A stretch of 64,000 bases of DNA from Eledone cirrhosa (lineage: Eukaryota): NCBI GenBank assembly GCA_964016885.1, contig OZ024758.1:38688001-38752000 (forward strand), in the 5' to 3' direction. The notes below the pieces were generated by a model. The model did no database searches. It saw only the letters and a list, made by a program, of their open reading frames with translations, and had not been told where the DNA came from. Shown here one piece after another: positions 49,801-61,800 of the stretch (its first letter is position 1; each line of letters begins with the position of its first letter). Position numbers and translations under genes: made by a program.

Positions 49801-52800
49801 GGTATTAGCTGTCAGAAGTAACTCCACTGTTGGTGAGAATTCATTTAAGTTCATGGTACTAGCTGTCAGAAGTAACTCCACTGTTGGTGAGAATTCATTT
49901 AAGTTCATGGTATTAGTTTGTCAGAAGTAACTCCACTGTTGGTGAGAATTCATTTAAGTCATGGTATTAGCTGTCAGAAGTAACTCCAATGTTGGTGAGA
50001 ATTCATTTAAATTCATGGTACTAGCTGTCAGAAGTAACTCCACTGTAGGTGAGAATTCATTTAAGTCATGGTATTAGCTGTCAGAAGTAACTCTACTGTT
50101 GGTGAGAATTCATTTAAGTTCATGGTATTAGCTGTCAGAAGTAACTCCACTGTTGGTGAGAATTCATTTAAGTTCATGGTACTAGCTGTCAGAAGTAACT
50201 CCACTGTTGGTGAGAATTCATTTAAGTCATGGTATTAGCTGTCAGAAGTAACTCCAATGTTGGTGAGAATTCATTTAAGTCATGGTACTAGCTGTCAGAA
50301 GTAACTCCAATGTTGGTGAGAATTCATTTAAGTTCATGGTATTAGCTGTCAGAAGGAACTCCACTGTTGGTTAGAATTCATTTAAGTTCATGGTATTAGC
50401 TGTCAGAAGTAACTCCACTGTTGGTGAGAATTCATTTAAGTTCATGGTACTAGCTGTCAGAAGTAACTCCACTGTTGGTGAGAATTCAGTTAAGTTCATG
50501 GTACTAGCTGTCAGAAGTAACTCCACTGTTGGTGAGAATTCAGTTAAGTTCATGCTATTAGCTGTCAGAAGGAACTCCACTGTTGGTGAGAATTCATTTA
50601 AGTTCATGGTATTAGCTGTCAGAAGTAACTCCACTGTTGGTGAGAATTCATTTAAGTTCATTGTACTAGCTGTCAGAAGTAACTCCACTGTTGGTGAGAA
50701 TTCAGTTAAGTTCATGGTATTAGTTGTCAGAAGTAACTCCACTGTTGGTGAGAATTAATTTAAATCATGGTATTAGTTGTCAGAAGTAACTCCAATGTTG
50801 GTGAGAATTCATTTAAGTTCATGGTACTAGCTGTCAGAAGTAACCCCACTGTTGGTGAGAATTCATTTAAGTTCATGGTACTAGCTGTCAGAAGTAACTC
50901 CAATGTTGGTGAGAATTCATTTAAGTTCATGGTATGAGCTGTCAGAAGGAACTCTACTGTTGGTGAGAATTCATTTAAGTTCATGGTATTAGCTGTCAGA
51001 AGTAACTCCACTGTTGGTGAGAATTCATTTAAGTTCATGGTACTAGCTGTCAGAAGTAACTCCAATGTTGGTGAGAATTCATTTAAGTTCATGGTATTAG
51101 TTTGTCAGAAGTAACTCCACTGTTGGTGAGAATTCATTTAAGTCATGGTATTAGTTGTCAGAAGTAACTCCAAAGTTGGTGAGAATTCATTTAAGTTCAT
51201 GGTACTAGCTGTCAGAAGTAACTCCACTGTTGGTGAGAATTCATTTAAGTTCATGGTATTAGCTGTCAGAAGTAACTCCACTGTTGGTGAGAATTCATTT
51301 AAGTTCATGGTACTAGCTGTCAGAAGTAACTCCACTGTTGGTGAGAATTCATTTAATTCATGGTATTAGCTGTCAGAAGTAACTCCAATGTTGGTGAGAA
51401 TTCATTTAAGTCATGGTACTAGCTGTCAGAAGTAACTCCACTGTTGGTGAGAATTCATTTAAGTCATGGTATTAGCTGTCAGAAGTAACTCCATTGTTGG
51501 TGTTAATTCATTTAAGTCATGGTACTAGCTGTCAGAAGTAACTCCACTGTTGGTGAGAATTCATTTAAGTTCATGGTATTAGCTGTCAGAAGGAACTCCA
51601 CTGTTGGTGAGAATTCATTTAAGTTCATGGTACTAGCTGTCAGAAGTAACTCCACTGTTGGTGAGAATTCATTTAAGTTCATGGTATTAGCTGTCAGAAG
51701 TCACTCCAATGTTGGTGAGAATTCATTTAAGTTCATGGTATTAGCTGTCAGAAGTAACTCCACTGTTGGTGAGAATTCATTTAAGTTCATGGTATTAGCT
51801 GTCAGAAGTAACTCCACTGTTGGTGAGAATTCATTTAAGTTCATGGTATTAGCTGTCAGAAGGAACTCCAATGTTGGTGAGAATTCATTTAAGTCATGGT
51901 ACTAGCTGTCAGAAGTAACTCCACTGTTGGTGAGAATTCATTTAAGTTCATGGTATTAGCTGTCAGAAGGAACGCCACTGTTGGTGAGAATTCATTTAAG
52001 TTCATGGTATTAGCTGTCAGAAGTAACTCCACTGTTGGTGAGAATTCATTTAAGTTCATGGTACTAGCTGTCAGAAGTAACTCCAATGTTGGTGAGAATT
52101 CATTTAAGTTCATGGTATTAGCTGTCAGAAGGAACTCCACTGTTGGTGAGAATTCATTTAAGTTCATGGTATTAGCTGTCAGAAGTAACTCCACTGTTGG
52201 TGAGAATTCATTTAAGTTCATGGTATTAGCTGTCAGAAGGAACTCCACTGTTGGTGAGAATTCATTTAAGTTCATGGTATTAGCTGTCAGAAGTAACTCC
52301 ACTGTTGGTGAGAATTCATTTAAGTTCATGGTACTAGCTTTCAGAAGTAACTCCAATGTTGGTGAGAATTCATTTAAGTTCATGGCATTAGCTGTCAGAA
52401 GTAACTCCACTGTTGGTGAGAATTCATTTAAGTCATGGTATTAGCTGTCAGAAGTAACTCCAATGTTGGTGAGAATTCATTTAAGTTCATGGTATTAGCT
52501 GTCAGAAGTAACTCCACTGTTGGTGAGAATTCATTTAAGTTCATGGTATTAGCTGTCAGAAGTAACTCCACTGTTGGTGAGAATTCATTTAAGTTCATGG
52601 TACTAGCTGTCAGAAGTAACTCCACTGTTGGTGAGAATTCATTTAAGTTCATGGTATTAGCTGTCAGAAGGAACTCCACTGTTGGTGAGAATTCATTTAA
52701 GTTCATGGTACTAGCTGTCAGAAGTAACTCCACTGTTGGTGAGAATTCATTTAAGTTCATGGTATTAGTTTGTCAGAAGTAACTCCACTGTTGGTGAGAA

Positions 52801-55800
52801 TTCATTTAAGTCATGGTATTAGTTGTCAGAAGTAACTCCAATGTTGGTGAGAATTCATTTAAGTCATGGTACTAGCTGTCAGAAGTAACTCCAATGTTGG
52901 TGAGAATTCATTTAAGTTCATGGTATTAGCTGTCAGAAGGAACTCCACTGTTGGTGAGAATTCATTTAAGTTCATGGTATTAGCTGTCAGAAGTAACTCC
53001 ACTGTTGGTGAGAATTTATTTAAGTTCATGGTACTAGCTGTCAGAAGTAACTCCAATGTTGGTGAGAATTCATTTAAGTTCATGGTATTAGCTGTCAGAA
53101 GTAACTCCACTGTTGGTGAGAATTCATTTAAGTCATGGTATTAGCTGTCAGAAGTAACTCCAATGTTGGTGAGAATTCATTTAAGTTCATGGTATTAGCT
53201 GTTAGAAGTAACTCCACTGTTGGTGAGAATTCATTTAAGTTCATGGTATTAGCTGTCAGAAGTAACTCCACAGTTGGTGAGAATTCATTTAAGTTCATGG
53301 TATTAGTTTGTCAGAAGTAACTCCACTGTTGGTGAGAATTCATTTAAGTCATGGTATTAGTTGTCAGAAGTAACTCCAATGTTGGTGAGAATTCATTTAA
53401 GTTCATGGTATTAGCTGTCAGAAGTAACTCCACTGTTGGTGAGAATTCATTTAAGTTCATGGTACTAGCTGTCAGAAGTAACTCCACTGTTGGTGAGAAT
53501 TCATTTAAGTTCATGGTATTAGCTGTCAGAAGTCACTCCAATGTTGGTGAGAATTCATTGAAGTTCATGGTATTAGCTGTCAGAAGTCACTCCACTGTTG
53601 GTGAGAATTCATTTAAGTTCATGGTACTAGCTGTCAGAAGTAACCCCAATGTTGGTGAGAATTCATTTAAGTTCATGGTATTAGCTGTCAGAAGTAACTC
53701 CACTGTTGGTGAGAATTCATTTAAGTTCATGGTACTAGCTGTCAGAAGTAACTCCACTGTTGGTGAGAATTCATTTAAGTTCATGGTATTAGCTGTCAGA
53801 AGTCACTCCAATGTTGGTGAGAATTCATTTAAGTTCATGGTATTAGCTGTCAGAAGTCACTCCACTGTTGGTGAGAATTCATTTAAGTTCATGGTATTAG
53901 CTGTCAGAAGTAACTCCACTGTTGGTGAGAATTCATTTAAGTTCATGGTATTAGCTGTCAGAAGTAACTCCACTGTTGGTGAGAATTCATTTAAGTTCAT
54001 GGTATTAGCTGTCAGAAGGAACTCCAATGTTGGTGAGAATTCATTTAAGTCATGGTACTAGCTGTCAGAAGTAACTCCACTGTTGGTGAGAATTCATTTA
54101 AGTTCATGGTATTAGCTGTCAGAAGGAACGCCACTGTTGGTGAGAATTCATTTAAGTTCATGGTATTAGCTGTCAGAAGTAACTCCACTGTTGGTGAGAA
54201 TTCATTTAAGTTCATGGTATTAGCTGTCAGAAGTAACTCCAATGTTGGTGAGAATTCATTTAAGTTCATGGTATTAGCTGTCAGAAGGAACTCCACTGTT
54301 GGTGAGAATTCATTTAAGTTCATGGTATTAGCTGTCAGAAGTAACTCCACTGTTGGTGAGAATTCATTTAAGTTCATGGTATTAGCTGTCAGAAGTAACT
54401 CCACTGTTGGTGAGAATTCATTTAAGTTCATGGTATTAGCTGTCAGAAGTAACTCCACTGTTGGTGAGAATTCATTTAAGTTCATGGTACTAGCTGTCAG
54501 AAGTAACTCCAATGTTGGTGAGAATTCATTTAAGTTCATGGTATTAGCTGTCAGAAGGAACTCCACTGTTGGTGAGAATTCATTTAAGTTCATGGTATTA
54601 GCTGTCAGAAGTAACTCCACTGTTGGTGAGAATTCATTTAAGTTCATGGTACTAGTTGTCAGAAGTAACTCCACTGTTGGTGAGAATTCATTTAAGTTCA
54701 TGGTATTAGTTGTCAGAAGTAACTCCACTGTTGGTGAGAATTCATTTAAGTCATGGTATTAGTTGTCAGAAGTAACTCCAATGTTGGTGAGAATTCATTA
54801 AATTCATGGTACTAGCTGTCAGAAGTAACTCCACTGTTGGTGAGAATTCATTTAAGTTCATGGTATTAGCTGTCAGAAGTAACTCCACTGTTGGTGAGAA
54901 TTCATTTAAGTCATGGTACTAGCTGTCAGAAGTAACTCCACTGTTGGTGAGAATTCATTTAAGTTCATGGTATTAGCTGTCAGAAGGAACTCCACTGTTG
55001 GTGAGAATTCATTTAAGTTCATGGTACTAGCTGTCAGAAGTAACTCCACTGTTGGTGAGAATTCATTTAAGTTCATGGTACTAGCTGTCAGAAGTAACTC
55101 CACTGTTGGTGAGAATTCATTTAAGTTCATGGTACTAGCTGTCAGAAGTCACTCCAATGTTGGTGCGAATTCATTTAAGTTCATGGTATTAGCTGTCAGA
55201 AGTCACTCCACTGTTGGTGAGAATTCATTTAAGTTCATGGTACTTGCTGTCAGAAGTAACCCCAATGTTGGTGAGAATTCATTTAAGTTCATGGTATTAG
55301 CTGTCAGAAGTCACTCCAATGTTGGTGAGAATTCATTTAAGTTCATGGTACTAGCTGTCAGAAGTAACTCCACTGTTGGTGAGAATTCATTTAAGTTCAT
55401 GGTACTAGCTGTCAGAAGTAACTCCACTGTTGGTGAGAATTCATTTAAGTTCATGGTACTAGCTGTCAGAAGTAACTCCACTGTTAGTGACAATTCATTT
55501 AAGTTCATGGTACTAGCTGTCAGAAGTAACTCCACTGTTGGTGAGAATTCATTTAAGTTCATGGTATTAGCTGTCAGAAGTAACTCCACTGTTGGTGAGA
55601 ATTCATTTAAGTTCATGGTATTAGCTGTCAGAAGTAACTCCACTGTTGGTGAGAATTCATTTAAGTTCATGGTATTAGCTGTCAGAAGGAACTCCAATGT
55701 TGGTGAGAATTCATTTAAGTCATGGTACTAGCTGTCAGAAGTAACTCCACTGTTGGTGAGAATTCATTTAAGTTCATGGTATTAGCTGTCAGAAGGAACG

Positions 55801-58800
55801 CCACTGTTGGTGAGAATTCATTTAAGTTCATGGTATTAGCTGTCAGAAGTAACTCCACTGTTGGTGAGAATTCATTTAAGTTCATGGTACTAGCTGTCAG
55901 AAGTAACTCCAATGTTGGTGAGAATTCATTTAAGTTCATGGTATTAGCTGTCAGAAGGAACTCCACTGTTGGTGAGAATTCATTTAAGTTCATGGTATTA
56001 GCTGTCAGAAGTAACTCCACTGTTGGTGAGAATTCATTTAAGTTCATGGTATTAGCTGTCAGAAGGAACTACACTGTTGGTGAGAATTCATTTAAGTTCA
56101 TGGTATTAGCTGTCAGAAGTAACTCCACTGTTGGTGAGAATTCATTTAAGTTCATGGTACTAGCTGTCAGAAGTAACTCCAATGTTGGTGAGAATTCATT
56201 TAAGTTCATGGTATTAGCTGTCAGAAGGAACTCCACTGTTGGTGAGAATTCATTTAAGTTCACGGTATTAGCTGTCAGAAGTAACTCCACTGTTGGTGAG
56301 AATTCATTTAAGTTCATGGTACTAGCTGTCAGAAGTAACTCCAATGTTGGTGAGAATTCATTTAAGTTCATGGTATTAGCTGTCAGAAGTAACTCCACTG
56401 TTGGTGAGAATTCATTTAAGTCATGGTATTAGCTGTCAGAAGTAACTCCAATGTTGGTGAGAATTCATTTAAGTTCATGGTATTAGCTGTCAGAAGTAAC
56501 TCCACTGTTGGTGAGAATTCATTTAAGTTCATGGTATTAGCTGTCAGAAGTAACTCCACAGTTGGTGAGAATTCATTTAAGTTCATGGTATTAGTTTGTC
56601 AGAAGTAACTCCACTGTTGGTGAGAATTCATTTAAGTCATGGTATTAGTTGTCAGAAGTAACTCCAATGTTGGTGAGAATTCATTTAAGTTCATGGTATT
56701 AGCTGTCAGAAGTAACTCCACTGTTGGTGAGATTTCAGTTAAGTTCATGGTACTAGCTGTCAGAAGTAACTCCACTGTTGGTGAGAATTCAGTTAAGTTC
56801 ATGCTATTAGCTGTCAGAAGGAACTCCACTGTTGGTGAGAATTCATTTAAGTTCATGGTATTAGCTGTCAGAAGTAACTCCACTGTTGGTGAGAATTCAT
56901 TTAAGTTCATTGTACTAGCTGTCAGAAGTAACTCCACTGTTGGTGAGAATTCAGTTAAGTTCATGGTATTAGTTGTCAGAAGTAACTCCACTGTTGGTGA
57001 GAATTAATTTAAATCATGGTATTAGTTGTCAGAAGTAACTCCAATGTTGGTGAGAATTCATTTAAGTTCATGGTACTAGCTGTCAGAAGTAAATCCACTG
57101 TTTCTGAGAATTCATTTAAGTTCATGGTACTAGCTGTCAGAAGTAACTCCACTGTTGGTGAGAATTCATTTAAGTTCATGGTACTAGCTGCAGAAGTAAC
57201 TCCACTGTTGGTGAGAATTCATTTAAGTTCATGGTACTAGCTGTCAGAAGTAACCCCACTGTTGGTGAGAATTCATTTAAGTTCATGGTACTAGCTGTCA
57301 GAAGTAACTCCAATGTTGGTGAGAATTCATTTAAGTTCATGGTATGAGCTGTCAGAAGGAACTCTACTGTTGGTGAGAATTCATTTAAGTTCATGGTATT
57401 AGCTGTCAGAAGTAACTCCACTGTTGGTGAGAATTCATTTAAGTTCATGGTACTAGCTGTCAGAAGTAACTCCAATGTTGGTGAGAATTCATTTAAGTTC
57501 ATGGTATTAGTTTGTCAGAAGTAACTCCACTGTTGGTGAGAATTCATTTAAGTCATGGTATTAGTTGTCAGAAGTAACTCCAAAGTTGGTGAGAATTCAT
57601 TTAAGTTCATGGTACTAGCTGTCAGAAGTAACTCCACTGTTGGTGAGAATTCATTTAAGTTCATGGTATTAGCTGTCAGAAGTAACTCCACTGTTGGTGA
57701 GAATTCATTTAAGTTCATGGTACTAGCTGTCAGAAGTAACTCCACTGTTGGTGAGAATTCATTTAATTCATGGTATTAGCTGTCAGAAGTAACTCCAATG
57801 TTGGTGAGAATTCATTTAAGTCATGGTACTAGCTGTCAGAAGTAACTCCACTGTTGGTGAGAATTCATTTAAGTCATGGTATTAGCTGTCAGAAGTAACT
57901 CCATTGTTGGTGTTAATTCATTTAAGTCATGGTACTAGCTGTCAGAAGTAACTCCACTGTTGGTGAGAATTCATTTAAGTTCATGGTATTAGCTGTCAGA
58001 AGGAACTCCACTGTTGGTGAGAATTCATTTAAGTTCATGGTACTAGCTGTCAGAAGTAACTCCACTGTTGGTGAGAATTCATTTAAGTTCATGGTATTAG
58101 CTGTCAGAAGTCACTCCAATGTTGGTGAGAATTCATTTAAGTTCATGGTATTAGCTGTCAGAAGTAACTCCACTGTTGGTGAGAATTCATTTAAGTTCAT
58201 GGTATTAGCTGTCAGAAGTAACTCCACTGTTGGTGAGAATTCATTTAAGTTCATGGTATTAGCTGTCAGAAGGAACTCCAATGTTGGTGAGAATTCATTT
58301 AAGTCATGGTACTAGCTGTCAGAAGTAACTCCACTGTTGGTGAGAATTCATTTAAGTTCATGGTATTAGCTGTCAGAAGGAACGCCACTGTTGGTGAGAA
58401 TTCATTTAAGTTCATGGTATTAGCTGTCAGAAGTAACTCCACTGTTGGTGAGAATTCATTTAAGTTCATGGTACTAGCTGTCAGAAGTAACTCCAATGTT
58501 GGTGAGAATTCATTTAAGTTCATGGTATTAGCTGTCAGAAGGAACTCCACTGTTGGTGAGAATTCATTTAAGTTCATGGTATTAGCTGTCAGAAGTAACT
58601 CCACTGTTGGTGAGAATTCATTTAAGTTCATGGTATTAGCTGTCAGAAGGAACTCCACTGTTGGTGAGAATTCATTTAAGTTCATGGTATTAGCTGTCAG
58701 AAGTAACTCCACTGTTGGTGAGAATTCATTTAAGTTCATGGTACTAGCTTTCAGAAGTAACTCCAATGTTGGTGAGAATTCATTTAAGTTCATGGCATTA

Positions 58801-61800
58801 GCTGTCAGAAGTAACTCCACTGTTGGTGAGAATTCATTTAAGTCATGGTATTAGCTGTCAGAAGTAACTCCAATGTTGGTGAGAATTCATTTAAGTTCAT
58901 GGTATTAGCTGTCAGAAGTAACTCCACTGTTGGTGAGAATTCATTTAAGTTCATGGTATTAGCTGTCAGAAGTAACTCCACTGTTGGTGAGAATTCATTT
59001 AAGTTCATGGTACTAGCTGTCAGAAGTAACTCCACTGTTGGTGAGAATTCATTTAAGTTCATGGTATTAGCTGTCAGAAGGAACTCCACTGTTGGTGAGA
59101 ATTCATTTAAGTTCATGGTACTAGCTGTCAGAAGTAACTCCACTGTTGGTGAGAATTCATTTAAGTTCATGGTATTAGTTTGTCAGAAGTAACTCCACTG
59201 TTGGTGAGAATTCATTTAAGTCATGGTATTAGTTGTCAGAAGTAACTCCAATGTTGGTGAGAATTCATTTAAGTCATGGTACTAGCTGTCAGAAGTAACT
59301 CCAATGTTGGTGAGAATTCATTTAAGTTCATGGTATTAGCTGTCAGAAGGAACTCCACTGTTGGTGAGAATTCATTTAAGTTCATGGTATTAGCTGTCAG
59401 AAGTAACTCCACTGTTGGTGAGAATTTATTTAAGTTCATGGTACTAGCTGTCAGAAGTAACTCCAATGTTGGTGAGAATTCATTTAAGTTCATGGTATTA
59501 GCTGTCAGAAGTAACTCCACTGTTGGTGAGAATTCATTTAAGTCATGGTATTAGCTGTCAGAAGTAACTCCAATGTTGGTGAGAATTCATTTAAGTTCAT
59601 GGTATTAGCTGTTAGAAGTAACTCCACTGTTGGTGAGAATTCATTTAAGTTCATGGTATTAGCTGTCAGAAGTAACTCCACAGTTGGTGAGAATTCATTT
59701 AAGTTCATGGTATTAGTTTGTCAGAAGTAACTCCACTGTTGGTGAGAATTCATTTAAGTCATGGTATTAGTTGTCAGAAGTAACTCCAATGTTGGTGAGA
59801 ATTCATTTAAGTTCATGGTATTAGCTGTCAGAAGTAACTCCACTGTTGGTGAGAATTCATTTAAGTTCATGGTACTAGCTGTCAGAAGTAACTCCACTGT
59901 TGGTGAGAATTCATTTAAGTTCATGGTATTAGCTGTCAGAAGTCACTCCAATGTTGGTGAGAATTCATTGAAGTTCATGGTATTAGCTGTCAGAAGTCAC
60001 TCCACTGTTGGTGAGAATTCATTTAAGTTCATGGTACTAGCTGTCAGAAGTAACCCCAATGTTGGTGAGAATTCATTTAAGTTCATGGTATTAGCTGTCA
60101 GAAGTAACTCCACTGTTGGTGAGAATTCATTTAAGTTCATGGTACTAGCTGTCAGAAGTAACTCCACTGTTGGTGAGAATTCATTTAAGTTCATGGTATT
60201 AGCTGTCAGAAGTCACTCCAATGTTGGTGAGAATTCATTTAAGTTCATGGTATTAGCTGTCAGAAGTCACTCCACTGTTGGTGAGAATTCATTTAAGTTC
60301 ATGGTATTAGCTGTCAGAAGTAACTCCACTGTTGGTGAGAATTCATTTAAGTTCATGGTATTAGCTGTCAGAAGTAACTCCACTGTTGGTGAGAATTCAT
60401 TTAAGTTCATGGTATTAGCTGTCAGAAGGAACTCCAATGTTGGTGAGAATTCATTTAAGTCATGGTACTAGCTGTCAGAAGTAACTCCACTGTTGGTGAG
60501 AATTCATTTAAGTTCATGGTATTAGCTGTCAGAAGGAACGCCACTGTTGGTGAGAATTCATTTAAGTTCATGGTATTAGCTGTCAGAAGTAACTCCACTG
60601 TTGGTGAGAATTCATTTAAGTTCATGGTATTAGCTGTCAGAAGTAACTCCAATGTTGGTGAGAATTCATTTAAGTTCATGGTATTAGCTGTCAGAAGGAA
60701 CTCCACTGTTGGTGAGAATTCATTTAAGTTCATGGTATTAGCTGTCAGAAGTAACTCCACTGTTGGTGAGAATTCATTTAAGTTCATGGTATTAGCTGTC
60801 AGAAGTAACTCCACTGTTGGTGAGAATTCATTTAAGTTCATGGTATTAGCTGTCAGAAGTAACTCCACTGTTGGTGAGAATTCATTTAAGTTCATGGTAC
60901 TAGCTGTCAGAAGTAACTCCAATGTTGGTGAGAATTCATTTAAGTTCATGGTATTAGCTGTCAGAAGGAACTCCACTGTTGGTGAGAATTCATTTAAGTT
61001 CATGGTATTAGCTGTCAGAAGTAACTCCACTGTTGGTGAGAATTCATTTAAGTTCATGGTACTAGTTGTCAGAAGTAACTCCACTGTTGGTGAGAATTCA
61101 TTTAAGTTCATGGTATTAGTTGTCAGAAGTAACTCCACTGTTGGTGAGAATTCATTTAAGTCATGGTATTAGTTGTCAGAAGTAACTCCAATGTTGGTGA
61201 GAATTCATTAAATTCATGGTACTAGCTGTCAGAAGTAACTCCACTGTTGGTGAGAATTCATTTAAGTTCATGGTATTAGCTGTCAGAAGTAACTCCACTG
61301 TTGGTGAGAATTCATTTAAGTCATGGTACTAGCTGTCAGAAGTAACTCCACTGTTGGTGAGAATTCATTTAAGTTCATGGTATTAGCTGTCAGAAGGAAC
61401 TCCACTGTTGGTGAGAATTCATTTAAGTTCATGGTACTAGCTGTCAGAAGTAACTCCACTGTTGGTGAGAATTCATTTAAGTTCATGGTACTAGCTGTCA
61501 GAAGTAACTCCACTGTTGGTGAGAATTCATTTAAGTTCATGGTACTAGCTGTCAGAAGTCACTCCAATGTTGGTGCGAATTCATTTAAGTTCATGGTATT
61601 AGCTGTCAGAAGTCACTCCACTGTTGGTGAGAATTCATTTAAGTTCATGGTACTTGCTGTCAGAAGTAACCCCAATGTTGGTGAGAATTCATTTAAGTTC
61701 ATGGTATTAGCTGTCAGAAGTCACTCCAATGTTGGTGAGAATTCATTTAAGTTCATGGTACTAGCTGTCAGAAGTAACTCCACTGTTGGTGAGAATTCAT